Shown here piece after piece: positions 39,590 to 49,375 of a stretch of 64,000 bases of DNA (position 1 is its first letter; the number at the start of each line of letters is the position of its first letter). The stretch is taken from NCBI GenBank assembly GCA_946188345.1, contig CAMHUI010000005.1, positions 25,435 to 89,434 of the forward strand. Reading direction: 5' to 3'. Source of the DNA: an uncultured Prevotellaceae bacterium. GTDB taxonomy: Bacteria > Bacteroidota > Bacteroidia > Bacteroidales > Bacteroidaceae. The notes under the pieces are model-generated. The model was not told the DNA's origin. It saw only the letters and a list, made by a program, of their open reading frames with translations, and searched no databases. The position numbers were made by a program, and so were the translations under genes.

Positions 39590-40273
39590 ATGCGAATTGA
39601 CATCATCACCGTATTGCCCGAGATGATTGAGGGCTTTGTGCACGAGAGCATTCTGGCCCGTGCCGAAAAAAAAGGGCTGGCAGAAATCCATCTGCACAAC
39701 CTTCGCGACTACACGCTCGACAAATGGCGTCGGGTCGACGACTACCCATACGGCGGCTTTGCCGGAATGGTTATGCAGTGCGAGCCCATTGACCGCTGCA
39801 TATCGGCCCTGAAAGAGGAACGTAACTACGACGAAGTCATCTTCACTTCGCCCGACGGGGAGCAGTTCACCCAGCACGTAGCCAACGAACTCTCACTGAA
39901 GGAGAACCTCATCATCCTCTGCGGACACTACAAGGGCATCGACCACCGCATCCGAGAACATCTTATCACTAGGGAGATTTCCATCGGCGACTATGTGCTG
40001 ACGGGTGGAGAACTGGCAGCTGCCGTTATGGCCGATGCCATCGTTCGCGTCGTGCCCGGCGTCATCGGCGACGAACAGAGTGCCCTCAGCGACTGCTTCC
40101 AGGACGACATGCTCGCTGCCCCTATCTATACCCGACCTGCTGAATACAAAGGATGGAAGGTACCTGACGTTCTGCTGTCAGGCAACGAGGCGAAAATCAA
40201 GCAATGGGAGTTTGACCAAGCCATGGAGCGGACTCGGCTATTGCGACCCGACTTGCTCGAAGGAAAGAAATAG
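39590..40273 (+). CDS. trmD: tRNA (guanine37-N1)-methyltransferase
   Basis: [31 protein letters not shown]; promoter TAccTTTG at 39563. Confidence 0.98.
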   Translation: MRIDIITVLPEMIEGFVHESILARAEKKGLAEIHLHNLRDYTLDKWRRVDDYPYGGFAGMVMQCEPIDRCISALKEERNYDEVIFTSPDGEQFTQHVANELSLKENLIILCGHYKGIDHRIREHLITREISIGDYVLTGGELAAAVMADAIVRVVPGVIGDEQSALSDCFQDDMLAAPIYTRPAEYKGWKVPDVLLSGNEAKIKQWEFDQAMERTRLLRPDLLEGKK

Positions 40274-40301
40274 ACACACCACAACAGGCTACCACATACA
40301 A

Positions 40302-40344
40302 CAATAAGGTGTAGAGTATGTCAACCGACACTCTACACCTTATT
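40302..40344. terminator. Bidirectional terminator
   Basis: AATAAGGTGTAGAGT...ACTCTACACCTTATT. Confidence 0.8.
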
Positions 40345-40360
40345 TATATATACCTTTATT

Positions 40361-42427
40361 TTATTTCGTATTTCGCTTGATGACGCTGTAAGCATCGTAG
40401 AGGCCGAGCTCGCCAGCCTTGCTGAGGTCGGCTACGCCTTCAAGCTTATGTTCCGACCGGATATAGGCCAAACCACGGTTATAGTAAGCCTCAGCCAGGC
40501 GGGCATCGAGTTCGAGGGCCTGCGTATAGCTGTCGATGGCTGAATTGTAGTCGCCCAAGAGATAGTAGTGATTGCCGAGGTCATAATAGAGGTAGGGATT
40601 CTGCGGATTGAGCCTGATGGCCTGCAGAAGGTCTAACTTGACCTTTGCCGTGGCAATCTTATTGTCGATGCCGTGGGTCTTATTGAACTGATTGAGAGCT
40701 GTCTGACAGACGGCACGCTGCCAGAAGGCCAGGCAATTGGCGGTATCGAGTTCGATGATGGTTGTCAGGTCGCTGATAGCATCTTCATAGTTCTGCATGA
40801 CGCTATAGCTCACGGCTCTTTGCATCAGCAGCGGCGGCAGCTGCTCAACACGGGCTGTGTCGATGCGCTCGCTGAGCCGCTCGACGGCCTTGAAGAACTC
40901 TTTGCTCTGCGTCTCGTCGAGTTGAGTGATGTTGCAGTTGACGAAGATACGCGAGTCGTTTCTCGCTGCCCGGGCATTGAAAGCCTCGACGTCGCGATCG
41001 AAGGCTTGATAGCTCTGCAGACCGTTGCGATAGGCGAAATAAGAGAGCTGATACATAGGCATGAGGGCCATCTCGACGCTTCGGTTCTGTATCTGACCGC
41101 GATAGACCGACTTATACTCATGCTCTACCTGATTCTCATCGTCAACAACAAGCTGGTTGTATTTATCTGGGTCTATCTCGCTCCGCTTACGCATCTGCTT
41201 CACCTTCTCGTCGTCCCAGCGCTGCTGGATGCCGAGGTGCTTGTCCATCTGGGCCTTCAGGATGCGGAAGTTATCCATCTCGGCTTCATTCTTCATACCC
41301 AGCAGCTGATAGCATCTGGCGCGATAGGAAAGGCCTGTCCAGAAGTTGGGAAACTGTTCGATGACGACAGTATAGTCTTCGATAGCTCCTCTGAGGTCGC
41401 CAGTCTCTTCGCGCAGCACACCACGGTTGAAGATGGCCATGACGTTGTCGGGCTCCATGCGGATGACGTAGTCGAAGTCTTCTATGGCACGGTTGTCATC
41501 GCCCAACTGCATGCGCAGCAGGCCTCTGTTGTAGTGGGCCAGGAAGTTATGGGGATCGAGGTCGATGGCCGTATCGTAGTCAGACATGGCGCCACGCAGG
41601 TTGTTCTGGTTCATTCTGGCCAAAGCACGGTTGACGTAGTTGCCTGCAGCCTTTGGCCTGAGGTGGATGGCGCGGCCGAGTTGCTTGTCGGCTTCGCTCC
41701 ACTCCTGCCGGGCCAAGCTGACGAATCCGCGTGTGGTCCAGGTCTCAGAGGAATAGGGGTCAATCTCGAGGCTTCGGTCAAGCCAGACGATAGCCTCGGC
41801 GGTGTCTTGCTTCTGAAGATAAATCTCAGCCCTCAGCGTGTAGGTGTTGCTCAGGTGCGACCATCGCATCATCATCGTGTCGGTCTCCAACAGTGCTCGG
41901 TCGTAGTCCTTGATGTTCATCATGCAGAGCGCACGGTTGAAGCGATAGTTCTGCGAACGGGGATTGAGCCGGATGGCATGGTCGTAGTCGCTGATAGCAC
42001 CCTCGAAGTTCTTCTGCCTGATGCGGTCGATGGCACGAAGGTCGTAAAGCCCCTCTACATAGGGGTTCATCCGCAGGGCCTCCGTGGCATCGGCTTCAGA
42101 GCCTGTGAAGTCATCGAGGTAGTATTTGGCAATGGCGCGATACTGCCAGGGCTGATAGAGATAGGGACGCTGGGAGATGACCTGATTGAAATACTGAATG
42201 GAGAGGACATAGTCTTCATAGTGAAGGGCTATCTCTCCGCTGAACATCAGGCGATCGGTATTAAGCTGAGCGTGGGCTTGGGGATTAAAGGATGGCGAAT
42301 GGAGCAAGAAGAATGAGAGCAAGATGCACAAAAGGCTGTGCCTTACTGGCTGGACAGATGCTCCCATACCGACATGAGCGGCATAGGGCTTTCTTTCATT
42401 TTTCACGCGCCATTCGCCATTCTTCAT
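40361..42427 (-). CDS. Exported multi-TPR protein
   Basis: Many TPR motifs ([17 protein letters not shown]); processing site AHA-QLNTD; start uncertain. Confidence 0.88.
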   Translation of the reverse strand: MKNGEWRVKNERKPYAAHVGMGASVQPVRHSLLCILLSFFLLHSPSFNPQAHAQLNTDRLMFSGEIALHYEDYVLSIQYFNQVISQRPYLYQPWQYRAIAKYYLDDFTGSEADATEALRMNPYVEGLYDLRAIDRIRQKNFEGAISDYDHAIRLNPRSQNYRFNRALCMMNIKDYDRALLETDTMMMRWSHLSNTYTLRAEIYLQKQDTAEAIVWLDRSLEIDPYSSETWTTRGFVSLARQEWSEADKQLGRAIHLRPKAAGNYVNRALARMNQNNLRGAMSDYDTAIDLDPHNFLAHYNRGLLRMQLGDDNRAIEDFDYVIRMEPDNVMAIFNRGVLREETGDLRGAIEDYTVVIEQFPNFWTGLSYRARCYQLLGMKNEAEMDNFRILKAQMDKHLGIQQRWDDEKVKQMRKRSEIDPDKYNQLVVDDENQVEHEYKSVYRGQIQNRSVEMALMPMYQLSYFAYRNGLQSYQAFDRDVEAFNARAARNDSRIFVNCNITQLDETQSKEFFKAVERLSERIDTARVEQLPPLLMQRAVSYSVMQNYEDAISDLTTIIELDTANCLAFWQRAVCQTALNQFNKTHGIDNKIATAKVKLDLLQAIRLNPQNPYLYYDLGNHYYLLGDYNSAIDSYTQALELDARLAEAYYNRGLAYIRSEHKLEGVADLSKAGELGLYDAYSVIKRNTK

Positions 42428-43001
42428 TCTTTATTCTTTTTTTGATTGCAGCCTTCGTACGGTAGCTGCAACGGTAGCGACCTTGCAGAAGGGCCTTGAG
42501 CTTGCCTTGGATAAGCTGCTTGCGCAGAGGCGAGATGCGGTCGATGAACATGTGAGCGTCCAGATGGTCGAACTCATGCTGCATGACACGGGCCAGATAG
42601 CCTTCTATCCATTCATCGTGCTCCTGGAACTGTTCGTCCTGATACTTCACATGGATGCGAGTGGGACGGCTCACCTTTTCGTGGATGCCTGGCAACGACA
42701 GACAGCCTTCCTCAAGGTTCTCGCGAGGGCTGTCCTCGTCAAGTTCGATGATATGGGGATTGATGTAAACGTGGCGGAAGTCTTTATATTCCGGCAGGTC
42801 GTCGCTCAAAAGGTCGAGGTCGATGACGACGAGTCGGATGTTTCGTCCTATCTGCGGTGCGGCCAGGCCGATGCCATCGCTGGCAGCGAGCGTCTCCCAC
42901 ATGTCAGCGATGAGCTGCTGCAAGTTGGGATAGTCTGGGGTGATGTCTTCAGAGACTTTCCGAAGAACTGGCTGGCCATAAATATAAATAGGAAGTATCA
43001 T
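42396..43001 (-). CDS. def: Peptide deformylase
   Basis: [21 protein letters not shown]. Confidence 0.98.
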   Translation of the reverse strand: MILPIYIYGQPVLRKVSEDITPDYPNLQQLIADMWETLAASDGIGLAAPQIGRNIRLVVIDLDLLSDDLPEYKDFRHVYINPHIIELDEDSPRENLEEGCLSLPGIHEKVSRPTRIHVKYQDEQFQEHDEWIEGYLARVMQHEFDHLDAHMFIDRISPLRKQLIQGKLKALLQGRYRCSYRTKAAIKKRIKNEEWRMAREK

Positions 43002-43009
43002 TTTTCTTT

Positions 43010-43130
43010 TGTTGACTATTAGTGGAGAAGTTGACAGTGGAAGAGTTGACAGATGGAAGAATTATGAGTCTAACTAATCATAATTACTAATTACTCATTA
43101 CTAATTACTAATTACTAATTACTAATTATT
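43010..43130. repeat. Simple-sequence repeats (GTTGAC-containing units, then about 7 TAATTAC heptamers)
   Basis: Seen directly between ruvX and def. Confidence 0.85.
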
Positions 43131-43552
43131 CATTTCATTCTGTTTCTTCTTGCCTCGAGATAGCCTTGCAGGATGATGGTGGCACTGATGGTGTCGACAA
43201 GTGCCTTGTCTTGCCGGGCGTTTTTCTTCAGGCCGGCGTCTATCATCGTCCGATGGGCCAGGACAGAGGTGAAGCGTTCGTCATAGTATTCGATGGGAAT
43301 CCCGGGCATGTTCTTGCGCCAGCGGTTGACGAACTGCTCCACTCTGGCAAGGTTCTCGCTGGGCTGTCCGTTGGTTTGCAGGGGCTTACCGATAACGATT
43401 CGCTCTACTTCTTCGCGCTGAACGTATTCGAGCAGGAATTCATAGAGTTCAGAAGTAGAAACAGTCGCCAACCCATTGGCAATAATCTGCAACGGGTCGG
43501 TGACTGCTATTCCCGTACGTTTCCTTCCGTAATCGATGGAAAGTATTCTCAC
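43130..43552 (-). CDS. ruvX: YqgF/RuvX pre-16S rRNA nuclease
   Basis: IDYGRKRTGIAVTD, DERFTS, VDTISATIILQ. Confidence 0.95.
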   Translation of the reverse strand: MRILSIDYGRKRTGIAVTDPLQIIANGLATVSTSELYEFLLEYVQREEVERIVIGKPLQTNGQPSENLARVEQFVNRWRKNMPGIPIEYYDERFTSVLAHRTMIDAGLKKNARQDKALVDTISATIILQGYLEARRNRMK

Positions 43553-43555
43553 TCT

Positions 43556-44047
43556 TTATTTGTTGTAGAGCAGCCAAGCATCGGCATACTTCGAGCGGAT
43601 CTGGTCGCGCGACTGCACGGCAGCTCCCTTCTCGTTGAATGTGGATGCGATGACGCGATACATGTTGTTATTGGGATTGAAGGCAATCTGTGCATCATAT
43701 CCTAAAGCCTTGAGCGTGCGCTGCAGGCCTTCTGCGTTAGCCTTCACACCGAACGAGCCGACAACAACGCTGTAGGCCTTCAGTCCGGCACCGTTGACAA
43801 GCTGGAGAGACTCCGTGCGTGTGGGAACGTTGTCGTAGTTGTCTGTGACGACGGGCTGGGTCTGGACAGGCTGGGTCTGAACGGGTGTTACAACGGGCAC
43901 CTGAGTCTGGACGGGCTGCTGGGTAGTCGTCTCTGTTCCGGCCATGGCGGCATCGTAGGCAGCGCGATAAGCAGACTGCTTGCTCTTACATCCGGTCAAG
44001 GTGATTGCGGCGCACAGGATTGTGCAAATTACCAATGATTTCTTCAT
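43556..44047 (-). CDS. SPOR-domain lipoprotein
   Basis: Lipobox LTGC; YSVVVGSF..NA, YRV, AWLL. Confidence 0.88.
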   Translation of the reverse strand: MKKSLVICTILCAAITLTGCKSKQSAYRAAYDAAMAGTETTTQQPVQTQVPVVTPVQTQPVQTQPVVTDNYDNVPTRTESLQLVNGAGLKAYSVVVGSFGVKANAEGLQRTLKALGYDAQIAFNPNNNMYRVIASTFNEKGAAVQSRDQIRSKYADAWLLYNK

Positions 44048-44276
44048 AATACTAAGTGTGTTTTGAAATTAAACTTGTTCGTAAATTTGGGAGCGAAGTT
44101 ACAAAATATCTTGCAAACATCGTTCAAAAACACGCATAAAGTTTGTTAAATGGGGTTAGAAGTGCTTATTTTAACAAAAAATTGCATCTTTTTTGGTGCC
44201 ATATCCCAAATCTTTTCGTACTTTTGCGCCCGAAACATCAATATTGTGTAACTATAATAAAGAAAGGAACATAACT

Positions 44277-44489
44277 ATGAAGACATTTGCTTATTTTGGT
44301 GCATTCCTGACTGGCGCCATTGCCGGTGCAGCCCTGGGCCTGCTGATGGCTCCCGAAAAGGGCGAGGATACGCGCGAACGCATCAGCGACGCTGTCGATG
44401 ACTTCTGCAAGAAGCACAACATCAAGCTCACCCGCAAGGATGTTGAGGATTTTGTTGACGACATCAAAGAAGCTGCAACGGACGAATAA
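44277..44489 (+). CDS. YtxH-domain protein
   Basis: FLTGAIAGAALGLLMAPEKGEDTR. Confidence 0.88.
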   Translation: MKTFAYFGAFLTGAIAGAALGLLMAPEKGEDTRERISDAVDDFCKKHNIKLTRKDVEDFVDDIKEAATDE

Positions 44490-44836
44490 TGATTTCCAAC
44501 GACCGCAACATCGAGACCATCGGCGAGCTGGTGGAGGTACTGAAACGCTACGTCGACGTCAAGAAGGAATACATGAAGCTCGACCTCATTGAGAAGGTCG
44601 TGCGACTTGTCACCGTGCTCACGCTGGTTACTGTCTTGGCACTGACGCTGCTCTTGGTGTTCATCTATGTATCGTTTGCGGTGGCCTATGCGCTGGCAGG
44701 AACGATGGGCAACGTGGGGGCCTTCCTCTGCGTGGCAAGTTTCTACGTGGTGCTCTTTCTGCTGCTTGTGGCTTTCCGCAAGCGCATTATCGAGCGGCCT
44801 GTGGTGCGTTTCCTGGCAAGCATGCTGATGGATTAA
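44489..44836 (+). CDS. Phage-holin-superfamily (YqjE-like) membrane protein
   Basis: YxDxxxExxKL followed by two TM helices; translationally coupled to the YtxH gene. Confidence 0.7.
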   Translation: MISNDRNIETIGELVEVLKRYVDVKKEYMKLDLIEKVVRLVTVLTLVTVLALTLLLVFIYVSFAVAYALAGTMGNVGAFLCVASFYVVLFLLLVAFRKRIIERPVVRFLASMLMD

Positions 44837-44855
44837 CCCGTAAAAGACTATCGCT

Positions 44856-45125
44856 ATGGCAACAAACAGCTTACAGCAACCCATCACCTCGCTCACAGAG
44901 ATTCGCCAGATGAAGGACGGCCTGCGCACGGAGCTGCAGGAGAACGAGAAGCAAGTGAGCGAGCTGTGGCAGCGCCTGGTGACGCCACCCGTGCAGTCGG
45001 GCGTGATGACTCCGTCGAAGCGCGTTGCCAACATGGTTGGCACCAGCATCAACGTGTTCGACGGCCTGCTGCTTGCATGGAAGCTCTACCGCAAATTCGG
45101 CGGGAAGCGTCGCCTGCGTTTCTAA
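44856..45125 (+). CDS. Small hypothetical protein
   Basis: Coiled coil plus basic C-terminal helix (DGLLLAWKLYRKF); third gene of the operon. Confidence 0.7.
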   Translation: MATNSLQQPITSLTEIRQMKDGLRTELQENEKQVSELWQRLVTPPVQSGVMTPSKRVANMVGTSINVFDGLLLAWKLYRKFGGKRRLRF

Positions 45126-45212
45126 TAGTAAACAACTGAGAGAGGGAGGAATGTTTTCTGGACTTAGAGTCAGTGCATGCCTCTCTCTTTTTTATTGATT
45201 GACAGACAGAAA

Positions 45213-46148
45213 ATGATTCTAAACATTATTCTTATCGTGGTCGGCGTGGCCATTGTGCTATGGGGTGCCGACCGACTGACCGACGGTGCCGTGGCCCTGG
45301 CCGAGCGGATGAAGATGTCGCAGATGCTGATAGGCCTGACCATCGTGGCCCTGGGCACGTCGATGCCCGAGTTTTTCGTCTCGCTCACTTCAGCACTCAA
45401 GGGCACCACCGACATGGCCGTGGGCAATGTCGTCGGCTCAAACATCTTCAATGCCATGGTCATCGTGGGCTGCGCAGCCGTGGTGATGCCGATGACCATC
45501 CTGAATACAACGGTCAGAAAAGACATTCCCTTTGCCCTGTTGGCTTCGGTCGTACTGATGCTGCTCTGCATCGACGGCAGTATCTCCCGACTCGATTCTG
45601 CCCTCTTCGTCGCCCTGCTCGGCATCTTTTTCTATATCTCTATCAAGGGCTCGCGCAGCGAACCCACGCAAGAGGCCGAGGCAAAGACGCCGCAACCCGT
45701 CTGGAAGGCACTGCTCTTTGTGGTACTCGGACTGGCAGGCCTCGTCGTCGGCTCCAACGTCTTCGTCGATAATGCCGCATCGCTGGCCAGCCTGCTGGGC
45801 ATGAGCGAGGCCGTCATCGGACTGACCATCGTGGCAGGAGGCACGTCGCTGCCCGAACTGGCTACGAGCATCGTGGCCGCCAAGAAGGGCAACAGCGACA
45901 TTGCCATCGGCAACGTCCTGGGGTCGAACGTGATGAACATTCTCTTCATCCTTGGCATAACAGGCTTGATAAGCCCCATGCAGATCAACGGCATCACCTG
46001 GGTTGACCTCTCGATGATGGGCATCTCGATGCTGCTGCTATGGCTTTTCTCGTTCACGAAATACCGCATCGAGCGATGGGAAGGCTTGTTGCTCGTCATC
46101 CTGTTTGCAGGCTATATGTCGTGGCTCATCGCAGGAGCCATGGCATGA
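45213..46148 (+). CDS. Calcium/sodium antiporter (YrbG/CaCA family)
   Basis: Two alpha-repeats: GTSMPE...GNVVGSN and GTSLPE...GNVLGSN. Confidence 0.93.
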   Translation: MILNIILIVVGVAIVLWGADRLTDGAVALAERMKMSQMLIGLTIVALGTSMPEFFVSLTSALKGTTDMAVGNVVGSNIFNAMVIVGCAAVVMPMTILNTTVRKDIPFALLASVVLMLLCIDGSISRLDSALFVALLGIFFYISIKGSRSEPTQEAEAKTPQPVWKALLFVVLGLAGLVVGSNVFVDNAASLASLLGMSEAVIGLTIVAGGTSLPELATSIVAAKKGNSDIAIGNVLGSNVMNILFILGITGLISPMQINGITWVDLSMMGISMLLLWLFSFTKYRIERWEGLLLVILFAGYMSWLIAGAMA

Positions 46149-46340
46149 CGCCACCGCCGCCACTGCCCACTGACACATGTCACCCACTCCATAGGCAGAC
46201 TTCCAGCCAACGGAAGCCTGCCTTTTCTTTGCCCAGACTCCTCTGCTGGACGAAGAAAAGCCCCCTCCGACACAGACAAGAACAGCATTTGACACCATGA
46301 TTTCTATCCTTTTAATTGACAATCACTTAGGAAAGTAAAA

Positions 46341-46426
46341 GTAAAATAGCCTATTTTGGTCAGTAAAATAGCCTATTTTGGTGAGTAAAATAGCCTATTT
46401 TGGTGAGTAAAATAGCCTATTTTACT
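46341..46426. repeat. Four tandem 22-bp palindromic units
   Basis: GTAAAATAGCCTATTTTGGT(C/G)A starting at 46341, 46363, 46385 and 46407. Confidence 0.92.
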
Positions 46427-46643
46427 TTACGATATCTTACAATTCATTTTACGATACCTTAAAAATCTCACTGGCAATGCTGAGAAAAGGCATCGTCATC
46501 GGGTAGAAAAGGCTATGAGGTTCCTGTTTGGAATAAAAACGGCAGCATAATGCTTAAAACAATATAAAAAACAAATAGAAAATAGCTTTTTCGGAAGAAA
46601 ATCGCTATCTTTGCACATTATTATAAATACACACATAGCTATC

Positions 46644-48047
46644 ATGTTCAGCAAAGAGACATATATGCAGCGCCGTGAGCAGCTCCGACAGCTTGTCGGA
46701 GAGGGGCTTATCGTGCTCTTCGGCAACAACGAAGCCCCCAATAACTACCCCAACAATGCCTATTACCCCTTCCGCCAGGACTCATCGTTCCTCTACTACT
46801 TCGGACAGCAGCGCGACGGGCTCGTGGGCATCATTGACATCGACAACAACTGCGAGGTGCTCGTTGGCGACGACATCGACATCGAGGACATCGTGTGGTA
46901 TGGTTCCGTCGACAGCGTGAGCGACATGGCGGCCCAGGTTGGCGTGGCCCAGTTGGCTCCGATGAAAGAGCTCAAGGTCGTCATCGACCGTGCCAAGGCC
47001 CAGGGCCGGCAGATTCATTTTCTGCCTCCCTACCGACACGACACGATGATACAGATCATGGACCTGCTCGGCCTGCACCCCTCCCAACAGAAGGAGGCAG
47101 CCTCGCTCACCCTCATCAAGGCTGTCGTGAAGATGCGTTCAACGAAGACCGCCGAGGAGATTGAGGAACTCGAGCGCGCCGCCGTGATAGGCTACAAGAT
47201 GCATACCACGGCCATGCGCATCACCCGACCGGGAGTAACCGAGAAGTACGTCGGCGGACAGGTCGACGGCATCGCCCACTCCTATGGTGCACAGGTAAGC
47301 TTCGCCACCATCTTCTCGCAGCACGGTGAAATCATGCACGGCAACCCCTCGATGGCAGTCCTTGAGAGTGGCCGGCTGGCGCTGTGCGACGCCGGAGCCG
47401 AGACCGTCAACAACTACTGCTCGGACAACACCCGCACCTTCCCCGTCAACGGCCGTTATACCCAGCGCCAGCTCGAAATCTATTCGATTGTCGAGGAGTG
47501 TCACGACCTGGCCCTCAGCATCGCCAAGCCCGGCGTGAAGTACTTCGACGTCCACATGGCCGTATGCCGCCTGATGACCGAACGGCTGAAGGAGCTCGGA
47601 CTGATGAAGGGCGACACCGACGAAGCCGTGGCCGCTGGAGCGCATGCCATGTTCCTGCCCCACGGACTGGGACACATGATGGGCATGGACGTGCACGACA
47701 TGGAGGGTCTCGGACAGATATACGTAGGCTTCGACGAGGAGACACGCCCGCGTCTCGACCAGTTCGGCACCAACGCCCTGCGCATGGGCCGACGGCTGGA
47801 GGAAGGCTTCGTCGTCACCGACGAGCCGGGCATCTACTTCATCCCCGCCCTCATCGACGACTGGCGCGCCTCGGGACACTGCGCAGAGTTTCTCAACTTC
47901 CCATTGCTCGAGACCTACAAGGACTTCGGAGGCATCCGCATCGAGGACGACCTGCTCATCACCGCCGACGGATGCCGGTTCCTCGGAAAAGACCGCATCC
48001 CATACCACCCGAAGGATGTAGAAGCCTTTATGCAGCAAAACAATTGA
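46644..48047 (+). CDS. pepP: Xaa-Pro aminopeptidase (M24B)
   Basis: PFRQDSSFLY, DAG..YCSD, HGLGHMMGMDVHD, EPG, GGIRIEDD; promoter TAtcTTTG at 46606. Confidence 0.93.
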   Translation: MFSKETYMQRREQLRQLVGEGLIVLFGNNEAPNNYPNNAYYPFRQDSSFLYYFGQQRDGLVGIIDIDNNCEVLVGDDIDIEDIVWYGSVDSVSDMAAQVGVAQLAPMKELKVVIDRAKAQGRQIHFLPPYRHDTMIQIMDLLGLHPSQQKEAASLTLIKAVVKMRSTKTAEEIEELERAAVIGYKMHTTAMRITRPGVTEKYVGGQVDGIAHSYGAQVSFATIFSQHGEIMHGNPSMAVLESGRLALCDAGAETVNNYCSDNTRTFPVNGRYTQRQLEIYSIVEECHDLALSIAKPGVKYFDVHMAVCRLMTERLKELGLMKGDTDEAVAAGAHAMFLPHGLGHMMGMDVHDMEGLGQIYVGFDEETRPRLDQFGTNALRMGRRLEEGFVVTDEPGIYFIPALIDDWRASGHCAEFLNFPLLETYKDFGGIRIEDDLLITADGCRFLGKDRIPYHPKDVEAFMQQNN

Positions 48048-48080
48048 AATCTTTAAACACATAAATTATTTAAGGTAAAA

Positions 48081-49268
48081 ATGAAAAAAATCATGACATT
48101 GGCCCTGATGGCATTCTTCGCCATCGGCGCACAGGCCCAGAAGAACGACGCCGGCAAGCCCGTGTTCACCGTCGTTAAGGAAAATCCGATTACCAGTATC
48201 AAGAACCAGAACCGCTCAGGCACCTGCTGGGACTTCTCTACCCTCTCCTTCTTTGAGGCAGAAATCCTGAAGAAGACCGGCAAGACCTATGACCTCTGCG
48301 AGGCCTTCGTCACCAACAAGACCTACATGGACCGTGCCATACAGGTAGTCCGCCTGCACGGCGACTGCCAGTTTGCACAGGGAGGCTCAGCCTACGACGT
48401 CTTCTATACACTGAAGAACTATGGTATCTGCCCCGAGGACGCCATGCCACCCGCAGGCTCGCTCTATGGCGACACGCTGAACAACTTCACCGAATTCTTC
48501 TCCGTACTCTCTCCCTACGTCGACGCCGTATCGAAGAGCACAGCCAAGAAAATCTCCTCGCAGTGGAAGGTCGGTTTCCAGGGCATCCTCGATGCCTATC
48601 TTGGCAAATGCCCCGAGACATTCACCTACGAGGGCGTTGAATACACCCCGCAGACCTTCGCCCAAAGCCTCGGACTCGACTGGAACGACTATGTGAGCAT
48701 CACCAGCTATACCCACCATCCCTTCTACACCGAGTTCCCCGTCGAGGTTCAGGACAACTGGCGCAACCCCGGCTCGTGGAACCTGCCCATGGACGAGATG
48801 ATGGAAGTCATCGACAACGCCGTCATGAACGGCTATACCGTAGCCTGGGGCGGTGACGTGTCGGAAGAAGGCTTCACCCGTCAGGGCACAGCCTACTGGT
48901 ATAACACGCAGGACCGCAGCCTGGCCGGCAGCGACATGGCCCACTGGCTGAAGCTCACTCCCGCCCAGCGCCGCAGCGAGGCTGACTCGCTGGGTTGCCG
49001 CATCGAAGAACTCGTGCCCACACAGGAACAGCGACAGGAGCGTTTCGACAACTGGCAGCTCACCGACGACCACGGCATGCTTATCTACGGCATCGCCAAA
49101 GACCAGTACGGCAAGGAATACTACATGGTCAAGAACTCATGGGGCGAAACAGGAGAATACAAAGGCATCTGGTATATGACCAAGGCCTTCATCGCCGCCA
49201 ACACCATGGACTACATGGTCAACAAGAACGCCGTACCCAAGAAGATTCGCAAGAAACTCGGCATCTAA
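48081..49268 (+). CDS. pepC: Aminopeptidase C (papain-like C1B)
   Basis: QNRSGTCW, DDHGM, KNSWG; signal peptide. Confidence 0.92.
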   Translation: MKKIMTLALMAFFAIGAQAQKNDAGKPVFTVVKENPITSIKNQNRSGTCWDFSTLSFFEAEILKKTGKTYDLCEAFVTNKTYMDRAIQVVRLHGDCQFAQGGSAYDVFYTLKNYGICPEDAMPPAGSLYGDTLNNFTEFFSVLSPYVDAVSKSTAKKISSQWKVGFQGILDAYLGKCPETFTYEGVEYTPQTFAQSLGLDWNDYVSITSYTHHPFYTEFPVEVQDNWRNPGSWNLPMDEMMEVIDNAVMNGYTVAWGGDVSEEGFTRQGTAYWYNTQDRSLAGSDMAHWLKLTPAQRRSEADSLGCRIEELVPTQEQRQERFDNWQLTDDHGMLIYGIAKDQYGKEYYMVKNSWGETGEYKGIWYMTKAFIAANTMDYMVNKNAVPKKIRKKLGI

Positions 49269-49280
49269 GATAACAGAAAT

Positions 49281-49325
49281 AAGGGTAAAAGGATTGCCGC
49301 ATAGGTTTCCTTTTGCCCTTTTTTC
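49281..49325 (+). terminator. Intrinsic terminator
   Basis: AAGGGTAAAAGGA...TCCTTTTGCCCTTTTTT. Confidence 0.7.
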
Positions 49326-49375
49326 TTTGATACACGTCCATATTTACAGGTCAACCAGGAAAAAAACCATTCACC

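Noticed and set aside
44489-44836. Prophage lysis gene
   Set aside because: No endolysin or other phage genes; the context is the YtxH operon.
46341-46426. CRISPR array or plasmid iterons
   Set aside because: Units are directly tandem with no spacers, and no rep gene is nearby.
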